Below are positions 1-10,065 of a DNA stretch of 64,000 bases, piece by piece. Made by a program: the position numbers and the translations under genes. Each line of letters opens with the position of its first letter. The first letter of the stretch is position 1. The notes beneath the pieces were generated by a model, which worked only from the letters and a program-made list of their open reading frames with translations, was not told the origin of the DNA and made no database searches. Source of the stretch: an uncultured virus (IMG/VR IMGVR_UViG_3300031613_000001). Its lineage: Duplodnaviria > Heunggongvirae > Uroviricota > Caudoviricetes > Crassvirales. The stretch lies in the IMG/VR virus record IMGVR_UViG_3300031613_000001; one strand, 5' to 3'.

Positions 1-3000
1 CAATGCTATTAAAATCGGTTGTCGTATTTGATTTAAAAGCAATAACCTTAGACGACGTTATTAAACCAGCACCACCAGTTGCTATGTTGTCGGTTGCTTG
101 AATGCCCATTCTAAGACCGTAACCGATGCCGTTACGAAGCTGCAAATACTTAGTATTAAATGACTCGTCACCAATAAGCCCAATCATACCTTCTGATTTA
201 GTAAAAAAAGCAGAACCTGATATGTTTACATTACCTGTGCCTGTTATGTCATTGCTGTTCATCAACAAGTTACCACCTAATTGTGGGCTAGTGTCTTCTA
301 CTACATTTTGTAAAAAATCGTTTGTGTCTAGATTACCTGAATGCCATAACTTTTTCCAATCATTACTAAAACCTAAATTATTAGCTGTTCTAAACCAGAA
401 ATCTTTAGTTGCTGCACTGCTACTATTATTATTAACATCAACAGCTAGTTGTGTTGATAGACCTTTACTACCATTTGAGTTAGAACCTAAACTAAAAACA
501 GAGCCATGACTCATTCCAGATGGACCATTTGCCCAATGCCCAACGTCATCATAATTATAAATAACCCCATTTGGTACATCGTCTAAATCGACTGCAATGT
601 TTTGATGAGTAGTTAATAATTTTGATGTTGTATTTGCATTACCAGTTAAGTTACCAGTCACGTTACCAATAAAGCTTGTTGCTTTTACGTTTCCAACCAC
701 TTCAATTTTTTCCGTTGCCACTGTAATTCCTAACCCAATATTCCCACTTGGGGATATAGTCATGTTATTAGTGCTTGCGTGTGATAAATTAAATCCTATA
801 TAAGCGTAACTGTAAACTGTTCCGTTTCCAAATATTCCAATATTAAAAGGGTCATCTAAAGAAATGTTGTTAATTCCTTGAACAACATTTCTAGCATAAC
901 CACCAGACGGAAAAGATATAATTTTTCTAAACCCATTATTTCCTGATGAATTACTGGCAATATCCAAAATACCTGTAAAAGAAGTGTTTGCAGATACTGT
1001 TTGTCCCGCACCTGATTTTTGTACTGAATTATCTGCTAAAACACCTTGCGCTTCTGTTGCAAATTCTCCCGAATCCTTGTGTTGTAGCCAAGGGGTGAAA
1101 TTTACACCTTGTCCTTTTCTCGTGAACGTTTGACCAGAACTATCAACTAAAAATTGCGATTGATACGTTACACCACCATTTACAGTAATTAAACACCTAC
1201 CATTAATTGCGCCTACTGGTAAATTAGTAAGCCCACTAGAAGGTGTTAAGTAAAAACCTGATGCTGTATAATTATCTAAATTTGTTTCTGTACTTACCTT
1301 TTGTTCTCCTAAACCAAAATTTCTAAAATCGTAAAAATCAGGTAATTGGTCACCTAATGTGTTTGCATTACTAGCTGTCCCAGTTAATGTACCGATAAAG
1401 TTTATTGCTTTTACATTACCAGTGACGTCTAATGCTTCTGTCGGGTTTGTATTTTTTATTCCTACGTTTGCACCAGAAGACCCTAAAACTATTTTGCTAT
1501 TATCATTCCAAACATCTATGGCTCTATTTACTGTTGAACCACCTTTAGAAAACCAAGAACTAACCCCAGTGCCTAGTCCAAATGCAAATCCATTTATACC
1601 ACTTTCTGCATAGACTGAATTACTTTGTAAAAATGAAGTACTCCAAGAAGACTTTAATCTTAAAGCTCCAGTTAAAGTGCCACCTGTTAATGGTAATTTA
1701 CTAGGGTCTATTCTAATATCAGATAGTCTTGAGTCACTATCTAATACTGCTCCACCTGTTCCTGTCGGTATTCTATCAATATTAAATACGCCTGAACTAA
1801 TATCAGTCGCTCTAGTATCTTTACCTACAAATAAGTTAGTAAACCAAATAGTTTCACTTGCATTCCCTTGAAAATTCATTAACCATCCCATCCTTATAGA
1901 AGCAGTGCCTGGAGAAAATTTATTAGTTACGTTTGTACCTGAATAATCTACCCCATCCATGTAACCTGTATAAGTAACCCAATTTGTTGTGAGCGTATTA
2001 TTACTTAATACATTGTACTTATAACTATTACCTGAATTACCATTACTTAATTTTGAACCTACTGGATACGCTGGACCTGCCCAGGGAGTTCTAAGAGTAA
2101 TTACATTTCCTGAAATTGATCCAGGATCCCATTGATTGGGATAATATAATCTAGAATACGTTTCTACTGGATAAGTATAACCTAGACTATTAGTGTACTC
2201 CCAAAAGATTAATGACCTTAAATGAGGACTTACGTTAGCGGTTCCTGTATTATTATAATTAGCACCATTAGAAGCTAAAGTAACTGTAGTATCACCTGGA
2301 TTTAATGCGACTGCCAAAGTAGTAGCCGTATTAGCTTTATACATGTGATGAATAGCGCTGATTATTATACCATCTACGTCGTAAGCCATGGTCATCATGT
2401 AATACCTACCTACACCATTTAATGATTTAGCATCAACAGACATTCTATATCTATTAGAAGCATTAATAGCCATAAATTCATCAGTAGATATAACTTCAGT
2501 AGAAGCTGACGTATGTCTAAATGATCCAGGCGAAGAATTAGCTTCAACTCCATCAAAAGTGAAAGAGCTAAAATTGTAATTCGTACCTAATAGACCTGAG
2601 TAATTAGTTATAAGATTTTCACCTCTAGAAGCTATATACTTGCTATTTACTAATTGACCGCCATCCCAGTTTAGTTTACCTGCTACATTTTCTAACAATA
2701 AACCGTCACCAAGAGCTACGTTACCTTCATTAATATATATACTACCAGTTCTTAAGTTACCGTCGATACTCTGACTTGTCTCCCCGGTTTTCTTAACTAC
2801 ATTACTATCCGCTGCATAAAAAGCTGGCAATTGACCACCTAATAATCCAGCATCCAAATCAGAACCAACCCCATCATTACCTGCATGCCATATTACATTT
2901 TCATTAATACTGAAAACACCGTTGCTATAAATATCTATGTTGGTAAATCTTCTAAGCTCCTTACCTATAAATAATCGTCCACCCAAGTCAGTAACAGGTC

Positions 3001-3673
3001 TTATATATGATTCCACTCTACTCATTTCAATGCCTAAAAAACTAACTGAAGTGTAATCATTGTCAATACCGCCACGCATAGTGGATGCAATCAATGTTCC
3101 ATTAACTGTTTGAGTTGTCTGTCCAGTTTTTTGCACTGAATTATCAGCCAATACGCCTTGAGTACTTGAAGCTACTCCTGTTAAATTAGAACCATCTCCT
3201 ATGATATTATTTACAGTTAAATCACCTGAAATTGTTTGAGATAGTGCACCTATTTTAACTACTTTATTATCTAATGCTGATTGTAATCCTGCAATATTTG
3301 CAATTCCTAATGATTCTAATTCTGTCTTATTTTGTTTTATAAAATCTACAATCTCTTGAAGTTCATCTAATGTCAAATCATCACTATTTAATAGATTTTG
3401 TATTGCTAATATTTTACTATTTAATACTTGTCCTTGTAATGCTGATAATGGTTTATCTACTATAGATGATGTTAATGTATTTATTACATCTAATGGTTGT
3501 AAAGCACTATTAGATAATGCTGAATTTTCATTTATTGCAGATACTAAATTTGTAGCAACAGTGTTTAAACCAGAAACATTACCTATTGGTGATCCTGAAA
3601 TAAATGTTCTCAGTGTTTTAAATTCTGTAGCTATTCTTGCTATTACACTTTGTATATTTGTTGCTAAACTCAT
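1..3673 (-). CDS. Tail fibre / receptor-binding protein, partial (runs off window start, >1220 aa)
   Basis: ATG at 3673 (MSLATNIQSVIARIATEFKTL...), frame open to position 1; Gly/Asn/Thr-rich; fibre motifs GNIGLGIT, NVGIKNTNPTEALDVTGNVKA, NLDNYTASGFY, WKKLWHSGN; repeated QGVLADNSVQK. Confidence 0.85.
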   Translation of the reverse strand, partial: MSLATNIQSVIARIATEFKTLRTFISGSPIGNVSGLNTVATNLVSAINENSALSNSALQPLDVINTLTSSIVDKPLSALQGQVLNSKILAIQNLLNSDDLTLDELQEIVDFIKQNKTELESLGIANIAGLQSALDNKVVKIGALSQTISGDLTVNNIIGDGSNLTGVASSTQGVLADNSVQKTGQTTQTVNGTLIASTMRGGIDNDYTSVSFLGIEMSRVESYIRPVTDLGGRLFIGKELRRFTNIDIYSNGVFSINENVIWHAGNDGVGSDLDAGLLGGQLPAFYAADSNVVKKTGETSQSIDGNLRTGSIYINEGNVALGDGLLLENVAGKLNWDGGQLVNSKYIASRGENLITNYSGLLGTNYNFSSFTFDGVEANSSPGSFRHTSASTEVISTDEFMAINASNRYRMSVDAKSLNGVGRYYMMTMAYDVDGIIISAIHHMYKANTATTLAVALNPGDTTVTLASNGANYNNTGTANVSPHLRSLIFWEYTNSLGYTYPVETYSRLYYPNQWDPGSISGNVITLRTPWAGPAYPVGSKLSNGNSGNSYKYNVLSNNTLTTNWVTYTGYMDGVDYSGTNVTNKFSPGTASIRMGWLMNFQGNASETIWFTNLFVGKDTRATDISSGVFNIDRIPTGTGGAVLDSDSRLSDIRIDPSKLPLTGGTLTGALRLKSSWSTSFLQSNSVYAESGINGFAFGLGTGVSSWFSKGGSTVNRAIDVWNDNSKIVLGSSGANVGIKNTNPTEALDVTGNVKAINFIGTLTGTASNANTLGDQLPDFYDFRNFGLGEQKVSTETNLDNYTASGFYLTPSSGLTNLPVGAINGRCLITVNGGVTYQSQFLVDSSGQTFTRKGQGVNFTPWLQHKDSGEFATEAQGVLADNSVQKSGAGQTVSANTSFTGILDIASNSSGNNGFRKIISFPSGGYARNVVQGINNISLDDPFNIGIFGNGTVYSYAYIGFNLSHASTNNMTISPSGNIGLGITVATEKIEVVGNVKATSFIGNVTGNLTGNANTTSKLLTTHQNIAVDLDDVPNGVIYNYDDVGHWANGPSGMSHGSVFSLGSNSNGSKGLSTQLAVDVNNNSSSAATKDFWFRTANNLGFSNDWKKLWHSGNLDTNDFLQNVVEDTSPQLGGNLLMNSNDITGTGNVNISGSAFFTKSEGMIGLIGDESFNTKYLQLRNGIGYGLRMGIQATDNIATGGAGLITSSKVIAFKSNTTTDFNSI

Positions 3674-3993
3674 TATGTCAAATTACTTTCAAAAAATAAT
3701 GTTAAGTCTAAACCGTCTTGTATTTGTTCAGAATTAACATTGTGTGGATTATTAAAGTTGTTTATGTGTTGATTAAGAAGTAATTCTAAATCTGCTGTTA
3801 GTTGTCCTTCAAATAAATAAGATAAATTACTCCAAGAGTTAATACCATTACCTATTTTTATTTTTTTATTAGTTATATCATATGCTATTTCACCATCTAA
3901 TAAAACAGGGTTTCTAGCATTCCATGTAGTAATATCATCTCTTCTTATTTGTATTTTATATTCTTTACTATAATCATATTTGTTATTAAGCAT
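3673..3993 (-). CDS. Small tail protein with Mtd_N/hyaluronidase-type N-terminal domain
   Basis: IQIRRD...W...NPVLLDGEIAYD.T.KKIKIGNG...W..L.Y motif. Confidence 0.7.
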   Translation of the reverse strand: MLNNKYDYSKEYKIQIRRDDITTWNARNPVLLDGEIAYDITNKKIKIGNGINSWSNLSYLFEGQLTADLELLLNQHINNFNNPHNVNSEQIQDGLDLTLFFESNLT

Positions 3994-4534
3994 CTCCTAA
4001 GTCTATTATATTAGGATCATTTAATGAAAATAAATCTATTGCACTAATATTACTATAGTTACCACAAGCTTTACATGAATTACTACAATATTTATCAAGT
4101 GCTTTAAGATTATTTATAGCATCTTCTAAAAATCCTAATTCAAGTGAATATTCTGTTGCTATTAATAACGAATGTGAATTAGTTATTGCAACTTTAGTTT
4201 TTTCTAAACAGTCATTACACTGTATGTTTTCAATTATTTTTTCAAGGATGCACTCCTTGTACCTTGTTAAATTAAAGGTATATGCAGAAACAATTTGTGT
4301 TGGATCTTCTACTTCAATAAAATAAATACCATCAAAAACAGATTCTCCTATATCTGTTAATGATATAGTAATGTTTTCTGTGGCTACTCCAGTTAGCTTT
4401 GCTGTTAAATCAATAGCTTTACTAAAATCTTTATAGGTATTATCATTCCATAATCTAAGAAGTGTAGCTGCTGCTGCATTTTCTATTGTTAGTAATAAGT
4501 TACCATTATCTATATTAAATTGTGTAATCTGCAT
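3986..4534 (-). CDS. Conserved virion-module protein (Cys-rich C-terminus)
   Basis: 182-aa ORF coupled to neighbours in structural operon. Confidence 0.55.
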   Translation of the reverse strand: MQITQFNIDNGNLLLTIENAAAATLLRLWNDNTYKDFSKAIDLTAKLTGVATENITISLTDIGESVFDGIYFIEVEDPTQIVSAYTFNLTRYKECILEKIIENIQCNDCLEKTKVAITNSHSLLIATEYSLELGFLEDAINNLKALDKYCSNSCKACGNYSNISAIDLFSLNDPNIIDLGDA

Positions 4535-4544
4535 ATGTACTTAA

Positions 4545-4570
4545 TTAAAGAGGGGATTACTCCCCTCTAT
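4545..4570 (-). terminator. Rho-independent terminator
   Basis: AGAGGGGA-TTAC-TCCCCTCT hairpin downstream of 4591..5595. Confidence 0.6.
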
Positions 4571-4590
4571 AAGTTAAAAAATTATTGATA

Positions 4591-5595
4591 TTATGCTAAG
4601 TCCGCTATGGTCTTACCTGTTACAACCTCAAGGTCATTAATCAACGCATTAACTGCTGTAAAAACAGTTCCTGCTCCTGCACCATCTTGATCTTCATTAG
4701 CTACTGCTATTTGAAGCACTCTATACTGTCTTTCAACATTTGTATATTTACGTGCTTGATAATAAGCAATATTAATCATATGATAAGTTTTACCTGGTTG
4801 TGCAAAATAAGGTGTATCAAAGTTATTAGGATATCCCATCATGCGATATCTATCTCCTTCTTCACCAGATCTACACCATTCAAGGTTAGCAACTTGGTTA
4901 CCTGATCCAGTTCCTACATTACCAGCTTGTGTTACAACAATGCTTAGATCGTCATAACGAGTTGCTGATACAGTGTTATCACCACCGTTATCACGAACTG
5001 CTAATTGTAAGTCAAACTCTACTGGTCTACCATCTTTTTTACCTAATACAAAATCTCTAGTACCTGCTTCAACAGATAAAATACCTGCTCCAGTTGTTAT
5101 AGTAAAGCTTGAATTAGCTTCTCTAGATAAAGATTTATCTAGGCTACTTTTTAAACCTGCTAATACATCTGCGAATGTCAATGCTGATGCATCTTCAGGT
5201 GTTACATAAAAACCATTGATAAATCTAAAATTTTCAGGTGATAATGTACCACCATCATTCATAAGACGAATCATTACTTCATAAGTAACATTTCCTCTAA
5301 CTGTTCCTGTAAAACCAGAAGCTGTAAGGATTCTATTTACAGGCGCTTCATATGCAACCGCTGTGATATGCTCAATAGTATCTGGGTCAATCATTTCACT
5401 AAACTTAAATCCACCAGGGATATTGTTAGCTTTTTGAAAAACTTTAAAAGGTCCAGCAACTAATGTAGTTGAATCTTTTGATACTAATTGTAGAGATTTA
5501 TCTCCAGCATCACTAAAGTTGCTGAAATCAGGATCGCCATTGTATGTTTCACCAATAAGAAGGTGACCTACTTGATTTACTCCTATTACACTCAT
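4591..5595 (-). CDS. Probable auxiliary capsid protein (crAss-like)
   Basis: 334 aa, position downstream of MCP in conserved crAss-like gene order, own terminator. Confidence 0.55.
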   Translation of the reverse strand: MSVIGVNQVGHLLIGETYNGDPDFSNFSDAGDKSLQLVSKDSTTLVAGPFKVFQKANNIPGGFKFSEMIDPDTIEHITAVAYEAPVNRILTASGFTGTVRGNVTYEVMIRLMNDGGTLSPENFRFINGFYVTPEDASALTFADVLAGLKSSLDKSLSREANSSFTITTGAGILSVEAGTRDFVLGKKDGRPVEFDLQLAVRDNGGDNTVSATRYDDLSIVVTQAGNVGTGSGNQVANLEWCRSGEEGDRYRMMGYPNNFDTPYFAQPGKTYHMINIAYYQARKYTNVERQYRVLQIAVANEDQDGAGAGTVFTAVNALINDLEVVTGKTIADLA

Positions 5596-5615
5596 TTTAA
5601 TTTAATTTTAAATTA

Positions 5616-6365
5616 TTATTCTTTTCTTTTATATAAATCTACAAAATTTCCAAGTGAATCGTATTTATAAGATAATTTAGATAATTCTACAGCCAGTCTG
5701 ACAATTTCAGAATGAATTTCTTTATTTAATTCTGACGTCTGTTCTAATGATTGACCATCAATACTTAAACCTGATGGTAAATTAGAAATTATAATTGGTT
5801 TTGGATACCTTAAATACCTCATTTGATACTCAAAGATTGAAAATTTAGATATTAATTCAACAATGTTCGTACCAGGTTCACTTGAATTGTAATCTAATCT
5901 CCAAACTTTTTTATCATTTGGTCTTTTAAATGGATTCTTTATTTGAGTATTATACTCATCATGTGTTTTTGGTATTACTCCTACAGTCTTATAAACTATA
6001 TTTTTTTGAATTTTACCAATAGAACATGGATCTATTATTTTAGCTGATTCTTGTTTTATTAAAAATACATTGTTTGGTATTTGAAATATTACAGAATTAT
6101 CAGAAAGTTTATAATTTTGATTAGATAAAGAATTAGTTGTTCTAAAATTAGTTATTAACTCTTTTAAATCAACTCTTCTTTTATCAGAACCTTCAAAACC
6201 TTCTAATTTAATATTACTTTTTGGATCATTATAATTTTTAATTAACTCTTCTTGAGCTAATGTTAATAATAAAGATAATTCATAATCATCAAAACCTGGA
6301 CTAGCCATTGAATTAATATTATTATATAGTAAATTAAAAGATTCTTTAAATTCTAATGTAGTCAT
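5616..6365 (-). CDS. Probable tail ring / head-tail connector protein
   Basis: 249 aa; YNNINS..SPGFDDYELSLLLT.AQEE and Y.MRYLRYPKPII...ELN.EIHSEIV.LAVE motifs of crAss ring proteins. Confidence 0.65.
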   Translation of the reverse strand: MTTLEFKESFNLLYNNINSMASPGFDDYELSLLLTLAQEELIKNYNDPKSNIKLEGFEGSDKRRVDLKELITNFRTTNSLSNQNYKLSDNSVIFQIPNNVFLIKQESAKIIDPCSIGKIQKNIVYKTVGVIPKTHDEYNTQIKNPFKRPNDKKVWRLDYNSSEPGTNIVELISKFSIFEYQMRYLRYPKPIIISNLPSGLSIDGQSLEQTSELNKEIHSEIVRLAVELSKLSYKYDSLGNFVDLYKRKE

Positions 6366-6370
6366 TATTA

Positions 6371-7231
6371 TTATTTACTTTTTTTTACTTTTTTTGTTTT
6401 TGCTTCAATAATATCTACTATTTCTTGATTTAAAGGATTAGAAAGATATCTAACTGCATTTTCAAATGTTGCAATTTCTCCTTCTACGCAAAGATCTAAA
6501 CCATCTGCTGTAGAATATCTACGATTTTTTCTAACTATTACTTCAGCATCTTCTGCATTAGATATTAGTAATTTAATTTCATAATTTACATCTCTGAGAA
6601 GTGATACAAATTGTTCAGGTTTATTTTCTATGATAGATTCTACTTGTCCTTGTAACCAAAGAATATCTGCTGTTTTAGATATTGCTTTATTTTCTACAAG
6701 TTTAACAATACTACGTAATGTTTCTTGTGAATCTTCAATTTTTGAATATAATTTAAATGCTTCTTTTTTAGTTGAAAACTGATTTCTTTTAACTTTACCT
6801 TCTTCTCCTTGTTCTATAATTACAAAATTATAATTAAGATCGTTATTAGCATTTTCTAATCCTACTACTATATGTTTAGTATTACTTAAAAGAATTTTAT
6901 AATCAATATAATCAACTGGATTAGTTAAATCTAAGTAGTTATCTCCTTTTCTTAAAGATACAGTTCTGGTTGCCCAAAAGTCAATATTTTTGTATACAGA
7001 TAATTCAATACCCATTGTTTTTTCAAGGTATTCTTTTTCATCGCTTGTAAGTACATTTTTAATTGTTTTTTGTCTTGTTAACGGTGTACAATACTTACGT
7101 GTTGATCCATTTAACATTCCACCTGATATAACGTGTTTATCATCAACGTTACTTGCCATTCCTGTTTTTCTTCGTATATAACGAACAATTACTTTTTTTT
7201 CTGGCAATTTAAAATTTAATTCTTCACTCAT
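6371..7231 (-). CDS. Conserved crAss-like protein next to MCP
   Basis: 286 aa; LDLTNPVDYIDYKILL motif; position directly after MCP. Confidence 0.6.
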   Translation of the reverse strand: MSEELNFKLPEKKVIVRYIRRKTGMASNVDDKHVISGGMLNGSTRKYCTPLTRQKTIKNVLTSDEKEYLEKTMGIELSVYKNIDFWATRTVSLRKGDNYLDLTNPVDYIDYKILLSNTKHIVVGLENANNDLNYNFVIIEQGEEGKVKRNQFSTKKEAFKLYSKIEDSQETLRSIVKLVENKAISKTADILWLQGQVESIIENKPEQFVSLLRDVNYEIKLLISNAEDAEVIVRKNRRYSTADGLDLCVEGEIATFENAVRYLSNPLNQEIVDIIEAKTKKVKKSK

Positions 7232-7267
7232 GTCTTCTTCTTCTTTATTTTGTTTTTGTAATTAATC

Positions 7268-7297
7268 AGAAAACTACAGGATTTATCACCCTGTAGT
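7268..7297 (-). terminator. Terminator after major capsid gene
   Basis: ACTACAGG...CCTGTAGT stem followed by T-run on minus strand. Confidence 0.55.
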
Positions 7298-7313
7298 CTG
7301 ATCAAAATATATA

Positions 7314-8831
7314 TTATCCTAAAATATTAGGTAATAAACTTGCTGTTCTTGATGGGTCTAAAACCAAAGAACCTATTGTACACATTGCAGTAATAGTAGC
7401 AGAATCTTCCATTCTACTCATAGTACCACCTCTACGACCCGTAAACGGATCACGTATACCTGCTTGATAACCACGAAGCTCATCTTCTCCTTTAACCATA
7501 CATTTCTGAATGTTAGGTTCTTGTGTAGATCCTATATAGAAAATGTCATATCTATAAGATTCAGCTACACCACCATTAGGGTGAAGAATTTTGTTACGGA
7601 TTTTATCGTCATAAAAAGGATCTACGTCAATAGTTACTGTAACACCGTTTGGAGCTTTCCATTCAGTAAACTGAAATCCACCAGATAGTGAATTGTCATG
7701 AAGTTTAGAAGTTGTAGACTTAAGAACATTAACGTTAGTATTGTCAAATCCAATGGAAGTCCATCCCATTGCTTCTTTAGTTACTGCTTCATGGAACTGA
7801 ATAGCTCCACGTTCACCTGTTTTAATTACAAATTTACGTTCACCAAAATCAAGTTTACCTTCAGATAATTCAGATAACATATCAGTAAGTAAACGAAGAC
7901 TAAACAAATTATAAAAACTTGTGTTAGATACTTCCATTTGCTCACGAATACCTGAACCAGCTTTAATAGTAATACTAGATTTACCAGTGTTTAGATAACG
8001 TCCGTTTTCATCACGGTTTGTTTTTCCGAAGAATTGTGTACGTGATTTAATTTTAGCAATTGCTTGCTCAAATTGCCAATACACTTCTTGCATCCAAGTT
8101 TTAGATTCATGAATTTTACCAGTTTTACTATCCCGTGTTGGAATAGTAGCTGATACACCCATTGTACCTGTCAACTTTGTATCAATCATTTTACCAGAAA
8201 CCTTGTGTTCCATACGAATGTATGAAAAAGAGTTTCTCATTGTATAAGGAGTATTGAATTGAATACCAGCACCTTTAATAGATAACTCATCTTCAATCGG
8301 AGCTCCTTCAATGCTCCATCTAGTTTGCGGTACAAGTTCAGTACCTGGAATACCAGATAAAGAGCTTTCATCACCAAATACTTCTGCATCATACACAAAA
8401 CGATTCGTTCCATCAGGACGAGCATCACTTGTTAATATTACACGATAAGTATCTGGATTTTCACCAGCAATTTGCATTACATCTGTAAAGTAAGGCTCAG
8501 AGAATACTAATTGGAAAGGCAGTCTACCTGCACCAACACCAATGGTGCTTGCATCTACAATAATTCCTTCAAAAATAGCCTCTACAAGAGGAATATTTCT
8601 TTCAGAACTACCTGCTAATTTCCAAATGAAGTCATCATCTGTGTCAAAATACTTTACTGGGAACATGCTCAACATGGAGTCAATGTTTTTCATCCCTGAC
8701 TGTTGCAAAAGTTGTGTAGTGATCTTAGTTGCCATTTGAGGAGCCTGATGCCAAATAGCACCAAGGTGATTCCTTGTTGTAAGACCAGTAAACGATTTTG
8801 CGTGAGTCATTACGAATTTTCCTACGCTCAT
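7314..8831 (-). CDS. Major capsid protein (crAss-like)
   Basis: 505 aa; GLTTRNHLGAI N-terminus, TGERGAIQFH, GGFQFTEW.APNGV.V, HPNGGVAESYRYDI; order TerL-portal-acidic-MCP. Confidence 0.85.
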   Translation of the reverse strand: MSVGKFVMTHAKSFTGLTTRNHLGAIWHQAPQMATKITTQLLQQSGMKNIDSMLSMFPVKYFDTDDDFIWKLAGSSERNIPLVEAIFEGIIVDASTIGVGAGRLPFQLVFSEPYFTDVMQIAGENPDTYRVILTSDARPDGTNRFVYDAEVFGDESSLSGIPGTELVPQTRWSIEGAPIEDELSIKGAGIQFNTPYTMRNSFSYIRMEHKVSGKMIDTKLTGTMGVSATIPTRDSKTGKIHESKTWMQEVYWQFEQAIAKIKSRTQFFGKTNRDENGRYLNTGKSSITIKAGSGIREQMEVSNTSFYNLFSLRLLTDMLSELSEGKLDFGERKFVIKTGERGAIQFHEAVTKEAMGWTSIGFDNTNVNVLKSTTSKLHDNSLSGGFQFTEWKAPNGVTVTIDVDPFYDDKIRNKILHPNGGVAESYRYDIFYIGSTQEPNIQKCMVKGEDELRGYQAGIRDPFTGRRGGTMSRMEDSATITAMCTIGSLVLDPSRTASLLPNILG

Positions 8832-8869
8832 AATTTAATCTTTTTTTCTTTAATTATTATTTATTTATA

Positions 8870-9982
8870 TTAATCAACAACAATTTCATCACCTTTCAAG
8901 TCTATAAAATAGCTATCTGGATCTTGTAAATATGCTGGTGAACCTGGGTCATTTATTTTAGTAGTGGAATTAAAAGCAGCTTCTAAATCTTGAATTGCTT
9001 TACTTTGTGTATCTTGTTTAATACTATCAAAGCTTTTAAAACCATTAGTAATAGTAAATAGATAATATAGTTTTTTATCAAAATCAACTGGATTCTCTCT
9101 TTGAAATTTCATTAAAGAATTTTCTGGTTGATTGTTTGTAGGATTATCTCCAACAACATCAAACATGTTTTTTTTAATTTTATTCTTTATGTTTTCAGAA
9201 ACTTCATAACCAGGAATGATTTCTTTAATTGAATCAATTTCTTTTTGAATTTTATTAATATTATCTTCTTTAATTTTTTCTTGATTTTTTAAACCTTCTT
9301 GAATTTCAAAATTTTCTTTTTCCATTCTTTGTTGAGTAAACTCTCTAATAGATGCAATAGCTTCTTCAGCATCTTCAAAATCTACATCTAACTCTAAAGA
9401 TCTTTGAACAAGTTTTGTTGCTTTTTCATCAGAGTAACCTCTGTTTACAAAATCCTGATATATAACTCTTTTTCTAAGTTCTGGATCAGATTCTAAAGCA
9501 TCATTAGTAACTGTATTTAATTGATCTAATTGTCGTAAATCTTTAGTTACTTTTTCATGAGGTATTCCCTCTCTGATTTGTTTTAAATAATTTTTTTGAT
9601 TATCATCAAGATCTGAATACTCACTTTTTTCAATCTCTTTCTTAAAAAGTTCTACAAATGAATCTTCGTCTTCAACTTCAAAGTCTTCAGATGAGATTAA
9701 TGCTTTTTCTTTAAGAAGAGCAGCGAGAGATTTAAATAAATTTGATTTTGAAGAAGACGTATTATCATCTTCACTTTCTTCATCATTATCATCAATCTCA
9801 TCTTGAAGATCTTGATCCTCGACTACTTTCTCTGGATCAATATCTTGATCCTCATCTTGGTTATTATTATCACCATCAACTGGTGGGTTGTCATTGTCTA
9901 TATCTTCATCTTCTATAAAAGGATTTATATCTCCTTCTACGTCAATAAACATATCCATACTTAAATCGTTGTCTTCTTCCAT
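8870..9982 (-). CDS. Acidic scaffold-like protein
   Basis: 370 aa, very D/E-rich N-terminus, between portal and MCP. Confidence 0.6.
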   Translation of the reverse strand: MEEDNDLSMDMFIDVEGDINPFIEDEDIDNDNPPVDGDNNNQDEDQDIDPEKVVEDQDLQDEIDDNDEESEDDNTSSSKSNLFKSLAALLKEKALISSEDFEVEDEDSFVELFKKEIEKSEYSDLDDNQKNYLKQIREGIPHEKVTKDLRQLDQLNTVTNDALESDPELRKRVIYQDFVNRGYSDEKATKLVQRSLELDVDFEDAEEAIASIREFTQQRMEKENFEIQEGLKNQEKIKEDNINKIQKEIDSIKEIIPGYEVSENIKNKIKKNMFDVVGDNPTNNQPENSLMKFQRENPVDFDKKLYYLFTITNGFKSFDSIKQDTQSKAIQDLEAAFNSTTKINDPGSPAYLQDPDSYFIDLKGDEIVVD

Positions 9983-9986
9983 TGTG

Positions 9987-10019
9987 TAAATATATTAATA
10001 AATTGTTATAAGTTCCAAA
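9987..10019 (-). promoter_or_regulatory. Bacteroidota sigma-A-like promoter (near-consensus -7 box TATATTTA, -33 TTTGG)
   Basis: -7 box 9987-9994 only 4 nt from the ATG at 9982. Confidence 0.4.
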
Positions 10020-10065
10020 CTTCTAATAGTATATCTTCATTATACTGACGTTTGTTTAATAGCGT

